Of a stretch of 64,000 nt of DNA, positions 45,403-51,922 are shown in pieces. Origin of the DNA: an uncultured Candidatus Poseidoniales archaeon (GTDB taxonomy: Archaea; Thermoplasmatota; Poseidoniia; Poseidoniales; Thalassarchaeaceae); contig CAXDMJ010000003.1 of NCBI GenBank assembly GCA_963990035.1, positions 2,974-66,973 on the forward strand, given 5' to 3'. A model generated the notes under the pieces. The model was not told where the DNA came from. It did not search any database and saw nothing but the letters and a program-made list of their open reading frames with translations. The position numbers and the translations under genes were made by a program. The number at the start of each line of letters is the position of its first letter. Position 1 is the first letter of the stretch.

Positions 45403-46662
45403 TCAACTCCACAATACTGATTTAATTGCCTTACCGGCTAATTTTCTAAATTCGGGTATTTCTTTCAACATTTTGGTCCCTAATGGTATAGGATTTTCAA
45501 TTTCTCCAACTTCATTAATCATTAATATCACTTCAGGTTTAGCCCAAACTTTGAAAATTTCTTCTAATTCGTTATCATCAGATTGAGATAGAAATGCGTC
45601 CCTTAGACCTCTTGCTCTATTTTGTGATTTTCTCATTTTATCTAACTTTTTATCTAAAATCTTCAGGTCTCTTGCAGTTAAATTATTTTTATTAATTGAT
45701 TCAACTAAACTTTCAGCAATTAAATCAACATGTGCAAATCCTGGGCCAATTCCTCCTCCTGTCGTGGGTTTGCATATACCTGCAGCATCCCCAAATAAAG
45801 CGGCTCTCTTAGAAGTAGTTTTCTTGAGGATTCCACTCGGTACTGAACCAACAAATCTTCCTACTTCCTTACAATCTTTAAATCGGTGACTCCATTTACC
45901 AGTTCTCATTAATTTAATCAATAAGTCTTCACAGGATTCTTGACCAATATATTTTGTCTGACTCCATACACCAATTCTTGTTGTTTCTCCTGACGGAATT
46001 GCCCATGCAAAAAATCCTGGTGAGATATTTGAGCCTGTGTACATGTCCAGTTTGCCCTGAACCCCTCCATAACCAGTTACTTCGATTTGCATACCAATCA
46101 TTGTTTCTTTTGGGCGTCCTAAGCGTAGAGTTCTACGTACCCATGAATGAGCTCCATCCGCGCCACATATCATTTTTGATTTTATATTCTTTATTCCATT
46201 TGAAGTTCTAATTTCTAAGTTAACTACTTCATCTGTAATCTCAAGTTTTATTGGTTTGCTCGAAACCCATAGTTCAGCTCCCGATTCTATACCCTGTCTT
46301 ACCACACCTTCGTCGAATAACTTCCTACATACTGACCAAGTTCTAATTTTTTCTTCGTTGCCTATTTCTACTAACGTGCCTTCTGGGCTATAGATTCTTG
46401 CTCCCCAAATTGGTGTTAGTACAGTGTTTTCTAGTTCAACTAAAGCCATAGCTTTGGGATTAATCAATCCAGCACATTGAAAAGGTCTTCCAATTTCTGC
46501 ATGTTCTTCTAGAATTAAAACAGATATTCCTTTTTCAGTTAATCTTCTAGAAAGATACCCTCCAACTGGACCAGCACCAACAATGACGACGTCATAATCG
46601 TAGTCATTCATAGCACTATTCAATAGGTTAGCCTTATTGACTTCTTCTAATCTTAATCTCAC
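45403..46662 (-). CDS. geranylgeranyl reductase family flavoprotein (archaeal lipid/prenyl saturation)
   Basis: YDVVIVGAGPVGGYLSRRL FAD motif, ICGADGAHS, and LFGDAAG...GGGI characteristic of GGR. Confidence 0.8.
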   Translation of the reverse strand: MRLRLEEVNKANLLNSAMNDYDYDVVIVGAGPVGGYLSRRLTEKGISVLILEEHAEIGRPFQCAGLINPKAMALVELENTVLTPIWGARIYSPEGTLVEIGNEEKIRTWSVCRKLFDEGVVRQGIESGAELWVSSKPIKLEITDEVVNLEIRTSNGIKNIKSKMICGADGAHSWVRRTLRLGRPKETMIGMQIEVTGYGGVQGKLDMYTGSNISPGFFAWAIPSGETTRIGVWSQTKYIGQESCEDLLIKLMRTGKWSHRFKDCKEVGRFVGSVPSGILKKTTSKRAALFGDAAGICKPTTGGGIGPGFAHVDLIAESLVESINKNNLTARDLKILDKKLDKMRKSQNRARGLRDAFLSQSDDNELEEIFKVWAKPEVILMINEVGEIENPIPLGTKMLKEIPEFRKLAGKAIKSVLWS

Positions 46663-48917
46663 TTCTTTTTCCGAGATTTTTTATTCTTTTTCATAACTGT
46701 ATCTATGATTTTACTAGCATCTTGTTTAGTCATCTCATCAATTGTTACAATATCTGCTATGGAAAGAATATCGCTCAAAGGAATCTCTTCCCTTACTGCT
46801 AATTTATTGACTAATTTGACCTGAGCTTCCGAGGCTGGTAATAATTGACTTTGTTTTATTAAAGTATCAATTAAATCACTAGCCGTACCATCTTTCCCTC
46901 CTGTTAACTTATTTATGTCGTCTGTTTTCGCCATATTGCAAATTTCTTCTATGCTATGACCAAGTTGATCAGCTAATTTAATTATCAAGTTCATCTGTTT
47001 ATCACTTGCAGGGAAATCTCCTCCTTCCTCTATTATTTGATCGAGTGTAGTTCTCATTTCTTCACCTGTTAATTCTTCCGGTTTTTTACCTTTAAGCGAC
47101 TTTAAAATATCTTCTTCACTCATATTTTTCACTAAGTTATTTAGTAATTCGATTTGTCTTTTTGACGGGATACTTCTTTTCTTTGTTTTAGCAACATTAT
47201 TCATTTCCTTGAAAATATCTACGAAATCATGCCAAACTTTTGGGGCCGACTGTGTGTCATTTTCAATAGTGTCAAGATCTGCTTCCATTTTAGCAGTAAA
47301 TTGTGCAGCAAATAGACCGTTTTCATTTTGTTCATTATAAAATGGAACAACTTCTAACCACATTGTTCTACCTGCATCTGTTGGAATTAGTGCTCCACTA
47401 TTATTTTCTACATATTTTCTTTTATTCAGTGTTTGAATAGTAGATACATAAGTTGAGGGCCTCCCAATTCCCTCTTTTTTCATTTCCTGAACTATTGAAC
47501 TTTCTGAAAATCTTCTTGGTGGTTTTGTTTCATCATCAATTAATTTAGGACTTTCCTCGTCTAATTTAATATCCCAAAGTGTTCCTTTAATTAGCTTAGA
47601 TTGTGGGGGTTCTAACTTCACATCTTTATGATATGATTCGTATACAGCCTCCCATCCTGGATGAATTCTCCATGATGCAGTACCTGTAATTTTCTTATCA
47701 AATCCATCGGTAGTCGCTTGAATATTTCTTGTTTCACGTATTGAGTTAGACATTTGACTACCTGCAAACCTTGACCATATTAATTTGTATAGTAATTGTT
47801 GTTCGTCTTTGACATCACTTAATTGAGAAATATCAGGTCTTGTAGGTCTTATTGCTTCGTGAGCATCTTGAACATTCGAACTACCTTTCTTAGCATCAGA
47901 CCCTAATGCTCCAGGTCCTAAATGATCCTCTCCATATTTATCTTTAATGAAATTTTTAATGGTTTTCCTAGCATCTTCGTTTGTTCTTGTAGAATCTGTT
48001 CGGATATAGGTGACATGTCCAGAATTATATAATTCACCTGCTACAGAACTTGTTCGTGCAACTGACCAACCTAAGTTAGAACTTGCAGATTGTAGCATTG
48101 TGTCTGTAGTAAATGGTGGTTTAGGACTTCTTTTATTTTTCCCTTCCTTTACAGATTGAATTTCAATAGTCTTATTTTCATTCAATTTCGATACAGCATT
48201 TTCAGCTAAATCTTGATTGAAGGTTCTATCAGGGAAGTGTTTCCCTGCATCATCTAACCATGCTTCTGAATCATCTTTTTCATGAAATCTAATCTTGAAA
48301 TTAATATCATTTGAATTGAAATTAACACTGTAATATCTAATTGGTATATGTTGTTCACGTAACAATTCTTTTTCAACAATAAATCCTAATGTCGGAGTTT
48401 GCACTCGGCCCATGGATGCTAGTTTCCATGATCTAGAAAATCTTGAGCATTCAAAACCTACTAATCTATCCATGAATCTTCTAACTTTTGCTGAATCAAC
48501 TAACGCAGTATCTATATCTCTTGCATTTTCTATAGCATGTTTGACGGATTTTTCTGTTATCTCGTTAAATGTCACTCTTTTCTGTGATGGGAATTTAGCA
48601 AAAATCATACTCAGTCTCCAAGCAATAAATTCGCCTTCTCTATCAGGGTCAGTTGCAATAAATACTTCTTCGACCTTAGATGACTTTGCTTTCTTAACTA
48701 AATCTGTAATTTTCTTTTGTGCTCCTTTAGTCCATCCCCAAGGTGGTTCAGGCAGTACATTTCTTTCTGAATCCCACATTGACTTAGATGACCCTTTACT
48801 TCCCTTAGAAGGTAAGTCTTGAACATGTCCTCCACATGCTTGGACAATCCATCCCTTGCCTAAGTATTTCTTTACCGTCTTTGCTTTAGCACCAGACTCG
48901 AGAATCATTAGTTTCAT
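46659..48917 (-). CDS. topA: type IA DNA topoisomerase, TopA-like, with three C-terminal helical repeats instead of zinc ribbons
   Basis: Toprim MKLMILESGAKAKTVKKYLG...GGHVQDLP...ATDPDREGE. Catalytic region GHVTYIRTDS. ATG at 48917 preceded by GGTGG (the ORF track opens at GTG 48926). 4-nt overlap with the downstream reductase gene. Confidence 0.85.
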   Translation of the reverse strand: MKLMILESGAKAKTVKKYLGKGWIVQACGGHVQDLPSKGSKGSSKSMWDSERNVLPEPPWGWTKGAQKKITDLVKKAKSSKVEEVFIATDPDREGEFIAWRLSMIFAKFPSQKRVTFNEITEKSVKHAIENARDIDTALVDSAKVRRFMDRLVGFECSRFSRSWKLASMGRVQTPTLGFIVEKELLREQHIPIRYYSVNFNSNDINFKIRFHEKDDSEAWLDDAGKHFPDRTFNQDLAENAVSKLNENKTIEIQSVKEGKNKRSPKPPFTTDTMLQSASSNLGWSVARTSSVAGELYNSGHVTYIRTDSTRTNEDARKTIKNFIKDKYGEDHLGPGALGSDAKKGSSNVQDAHEAIRPTRPDISQLSDVKDEQQLLYKLIWSRFAGSQMSNSIRETRNIQATTDGFDKKITGTASWRIHPGWEAVYESYHKDVKLEPPQSKLIKGTLWDIKLDEESPKLIDDETKPPRRFSESSIVQEMKKEGIGRPSTYVSTIQTLNKRKYVENNSGALIPTDAGRTMWLEVVPFYNEQNENGLFAAQFTAKMEADLDTIENDTQSAPKVWHDFVDIFKEMNNVAKTKKRSIPSKRQIELLNNLVKNMSEEDILKSLKGKKPEELTGEEMRTTLDQIIEEGGDFPASDKQMNLIIKLADQLGHSIEEICNMAKTDDINKLTGGKDGTASDLIDTLIKQSQLLPASEAQVKLVNKLAVREEIPLSDILSIADIVTIDEMTKQDASKIIDTVMKKNKKSRKKK

Positions 48918-48986
48918 AATAACCACCTATTCAATTAGTCAATAACTTAGCATCGACCATTATTTGTGGTGGCACAATACTACCTG

Positions 48987-48992
48987 TATAAA
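48987..48992 (-). promoter_or_regulatory. candidate TATA box (TTTATA) for topA
   Basis: On the minus strand it reads AAGTTTATACAGG, about 70 nt upstream of the topA ATG. AT-rich genome, so chance occurrence is plausible. Confidence 0.3.
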
Positions 48993-49018
48993 CTTGAGTC
49001 AACCTAGTTTGTTACAAG

Positions 49019-49043
49019 GCGCGTGCGCGTACGTGAGCGCGCG
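49019..49043. other. GC-rich alternating purine-pyrimidine tract (Z-DNA-prone / small palindrome)
   Basis: GCGCGTGCGCGTACGTG (17 nt of perfect Pu-Py alternation), then A, then GCGCGCG. Sits in an otherwise AT-rich intergenic region. Confidence 0.8.
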
Positions 49044-49054
49044 AAGCCAAGTCA

Positions 49055-49459
49055 TCAAATTTCATTTCTTGAAGCTTCTTCATTCCAGGGTTCACTTGCT
49101 GCTGGACCAGCACAACCTACGCATCCAGGATAGCCTGCGGACCCCAATTCAACAATTTTTCTTGTAAGTTTACTCCACATATTCGCCCCACCTCTTATCC
49201 ATACAATGTCTAATGAATTCGGTGGCTTTAATGAAATCATACCATCCTCTGAATTATTAATTTCAAAAAATATTTCTTTAACATCACTAATTTTGCCATT
49301 AATACCAAAAACTATCTTAGGCGCTCTATCTGATAATTCAGAGGATAATTGTTCAATTTGATCTGTCAATTGACCGTTATGAGTTATCGTCAGACCATTA
49401 GAACGAAGAATTCTTCTTGCCAATTCGGCAACTGCCGCATCCTCAGAAGAACTACTCAT
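49055..49459 (-). CDS. hypothetical protein with C-terminal CxxC motif
   Basis: ATG at 49459 (MSSSSEDAAVAEL) avoids overlap with the divergent pyrD start. The C-terminus has GYPGCVGCAGP. No family recognised. Confidence 0.4.
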   Translation of the reverse strand: MSSSSEDAAVAELARRILRSNGLTITHNGQLTDQIEQLSSELSDRAPKIVFGINGKISDVKEIFFEINNSEDGMISLKPPNSLDIVWIRGGANMWSKLTRKIVELGSAGYPGCVGCAGPAASEPWNEEASRNEI

Positions 49460-49512
49460 GATTCTTCGGAAGTGCGCAACGCTTGAAGACTGTCGGTTCA
49501 ACCGACTTCCTG

Positions 49513-50616
49513 ATGGGACTGCCATATCGAATATTTGGAAGGCCAATTCTAGGCCTTATCGATTCGGAAAGAGCACATTCAATCGGAGTTTCTTCTTTGA
49601 CTAAATTAGGTCATAATTCAATTGGTAGAGGGATACTTGAATCTCTTTACCAATCTCCTGAATTACCCACTAATGTATTTGGTATGCCTTTCCACCATCC
49701 ACTAGGTCTTGCTGCTGGTTTTGATAAAAAGGCTCAAGCACTTTCTGGATGGCCATCTTTAGGTTTTTCTTGGATAGAATATGGCGGGGTCACGAGATTC
49801 CCTCAAGATGGGAATCCCAAACCACGAATGTTTAGGGCAAATAAAGAACATGCATTAGTAAATAGAATGGGTTTTAATAATCCTGGAGCCTTAGCAGTTA
49901 GAGAAAGTTTAGTTGATAGAAGATCTAAGGGTCAATGGCCTAATAATCCAATAGCTGCTAATATAGGTCGTTCGAAAAAAGTCTCGAATGATGATGCTCC
50001 CGGAGACTATTCTTCCACTTTGGATATATTATGGGATTATTCTGACTTATTTGTCCTCAATGTTTCATCCCCTAATACGCCGGGTCTTCGAGAATTACAG
50101 GAAGAAGAACATCTATCAAAAGTCCTTAGTGAATGCAACAATATTCGTGATAGAAAAGGGAATCATAAACCTATTTTATTAAAATTCTCTCCAGATATGG
50201 ACAATGATGAATTACTTAACTCTGTTGAAACAGCGCTTAAATCTGGAGTTGATGGTTTTGTGGCTACAAATACAACTATTTCACGATATGTACCTAAAAA
50301 CACTCAATCTCGTTCAGTATTTGCACAAACTGGTGGGCTATCGGGTAGACCTCTGAAAACTCGTTCATTAGAAGTAGTTAATTTATTGTATGATTATACA
50401 GAATCTAAGATTCCTATTGTTGGTGTTGGTGGTATTGATTCTCCCGAATCAGCATGGGACATGATTAATTCTGGTGCCTCATTAATTCAACTATATTCCG
50501 CTTTAGTATTTCAGGGGCCTTCAGTTGTATCCCATATTGTCAAGGGTTTAAAGAAAAGAGTTAAGGAAAATAATTTCTTAAATATTGAAGAAGTTGTTGG
50601 TAATTACCACAAATGA
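49513..50616 (+). CDS. pyrD: dihydroorotate dehydrogenase, class 2 (quinone-dependent)
   Basis: GLAAGFDKKAQ, PRMFR, NRMGFNNPG, LNVSSPNTPGLR, ATNTT and GGLSGRPL. The N-terminal extension is typical of the membrane-associated class 2. Confidence 0.85.
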   Translation: MGLPYRIFGRPILGLIDSERAHSIGVSSLTKLGHNSIGRGILESLYQSPELPTNVFGMPFHHPLGLAAGFDKKAQALSGWPSLGFSWIEYGGVTRFPQDGNPKPRMFRANKEHALVNRMGFNNPGALAVRESLVDRRSKGQWPNNPIAANIGRSKKVSNDDAPGDYSSTLDILWDYSDLFVLNVSSPNTPGLRELQEEEHLSKVLSECNNIRDRKGNHKPILLKFSPDMDNDELLNSVETALKSGVDGFVATNTTISRYVPKNTQSRSVFAQTGGLSGRPLKTRSLEVVNLLYDYTESKIPIVGVGGIDSPESAWDMINSGASLIQLYSALVFQGPSVVSHIVKGLKKRVKENNFLNIEEVVGNYHK

Positions 50617-50656
50617 TTATCATAAACCTCATGAGTATAATTCTGTTGCGAACATT

Positions 50657-51040
50657 ATGGCTGCTACTCGGACGACGCGATTATTAATCGTGGGCGTTGC
50701 TCTTTTAGCCCTTATATCCCTAATGTTCATCAGTGTTGATCCCGAAGTACAGTATACTGTAGATGAGATTATGGCATCACCAAATGAGTATACTTCAGAA
50801 GAAGTCCACCTTAGAGGGACCGTACTCGAGGGTTCAGTTGATGATGAATCAAAGACCTTCATCTTGGCAGGTATCAACGATCAAATTTTCATTGATATTT
50901 CCTCTGTTGCTTTACCCGACGGTTTCGCTGAAGGTTATGTTATTGCTGTTAAAGGCGATCTTATAGAAGAAAATGGTAAATGGACTATTTCAGCTAACTC
51001 TATACAGACTGGATGCCCCTCGAAATATGAAGCAGAATGA
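50657..51040 (+). CDS. ccmE: CcmE-like haem chaperone, Cys-variant (CxxxY)
   Basis: N-terminal TM LLIVGVALLALISLMFI. OB-fold pattern VHLRGTVLEGSV...FIL...VALPDGFAEGYVIAVKGDL. C-terminal GCPSKY sits where canonical CcmE has HxxxY. Confidence 0.6.
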   Translation: MAATRTTRLLIVGVALLALISLMFISVDPEVQYTVDEIMASPNEYTSEEVHLRGTVLEGSVDDESKTFILAGINDQIFIDISSVALPDGFAEGYVIAVKGDLIEENGKWTISANSIQTGCPSKYEAE

Positions 51041-51070
51041 ATAAATTATCTACATCTTGTTAGGGTTTCA

Positions 51071-51076
51071 TTAAAA
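51071..51076 (+). promoter_or_regulatory. candidate TATA box (TTAAAA) for the SRP RNA gene
   Basis: Centred about 26 nt upstream of the inferred 5' end (51100) of the SRP RNA. Confidence 0.3.
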
Positions 51077-51099
51077 TGGGTCCCCAAACACGGTCATAT

Positions 51100-51404
51100 G
51101 GGCTAGGGGGAGTGTTGACGTGCTCTATTATTCACAAATCGTCAATAATGGTGACCTGAAGTCTGAGGGCGGCGCAAACGAACCTTCGATGAACCATAGG
51201 GGTATGTCGAAACTTCGCCTCCAAGAGATGCAGGTTGGCATAACGAACTTCCGGAGGGAAATTCGAAGTGTCTTATACCCGGGAACCAGGTCAGGCGCGG
51301 AAGCGAGCAACCCGACTGGGGATGCTGGATGCCTTGGAATAGCGGAGCTGAGTACACCATTGATTATTCATTGATGAATACGAGCGTCCACCGAAGACAT
51401 GCCC
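51100..51404 (+). ncRNA. signal recognition particle RNA (7S RNA), archaeal size
   Basis: CCAGGTCAGGCGC-GGAA-GCGAGCAACC (51287-51311) is the universal helix-8 motif (GNAR tetraloop GGAA at 51299-51302, AGCA loop). 5' GGGC...GACGTGCTC can pair with 3' GAGCGTC...GCCC. Local GC is far above its surroundings. The ends are approximate. Confidence 0.8.
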
Positions 51405-51412
51405 ACTAAATA

Positions 51413-51886
51413 TTATTCAGGAATTCCCTCAAGGCCACCCATTTGGCAAACTATTTCAAAATGTTTTTCTGTTACTGGTTGTACTGATAGTCTACTTCCT
51501 TTCATTAGCAGTTTCATACCTTCCAATGTTGGATTATCTCTCATCTCTTGAAGAGGAATTATTTTTTCCATGGCGATAATTGGTTTTATCTCTACCATCA
51601 TCCATCTTGGATTTTCTGGAGTTGCTTTCTCATCAAAATAATTTGATGATGGATCTTGTGCTGTATGGTCGGGATAGCCTTCTTTACATATTTCTGCAAT
51701 ACCAACTACATGTGGTGGTTTGAAGTTTGAATGATAAAATAGTACTCGATCACCTAATTTCATATCATCTCTCATCATATTTCTAGCTTGATAATTTCTG
51801 ACACCATCCCAGTGTGTTTTTTTATCCTCGACTAACTTTTCCCAAGGATAAACATGTGGTTCACTCTTCATCAGCCAGTAATTCAT
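51413..51886 (-). CDS. EVE (PUA-like, DUF55) domain protein
   Basis: MNYWLMKSEPHVYPWEKL...HWDGVRNYQARNMMRDDMKLGDRVLFYHSN is the canonical EVE N-terminus. Confidence 0.75.
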   Translation of the reverse strand: MNYWLMKSEPHVYPWEKLVEDKKTHWDGVRNYQARNMMRDDMKLGDRVLFYHSNFKPPHVVGIAEICKEGYPDHTAQDPSSNYFDEKATPENPRWMMVEIKPIIAMEKIIPLQEMRDNPTLEGMKLLMKGSRLSVQPVTEKHFEIVCQMGGLEGIPE

Positions 51887-51922
51887 ATGTCTACGAGGTG
51901 CTAGAGGTGAATGAAAGTGTCG

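Noticed and set aside
51120-51374. ORFs of 60-84 aa on both strands (51120-51374 +, 51128-51310 -, 51142-51360 -).
   Set aside because: They lie entirely inside the SRP RNA gene. The open frames are a by-product of its high GC and low stop-codon density.
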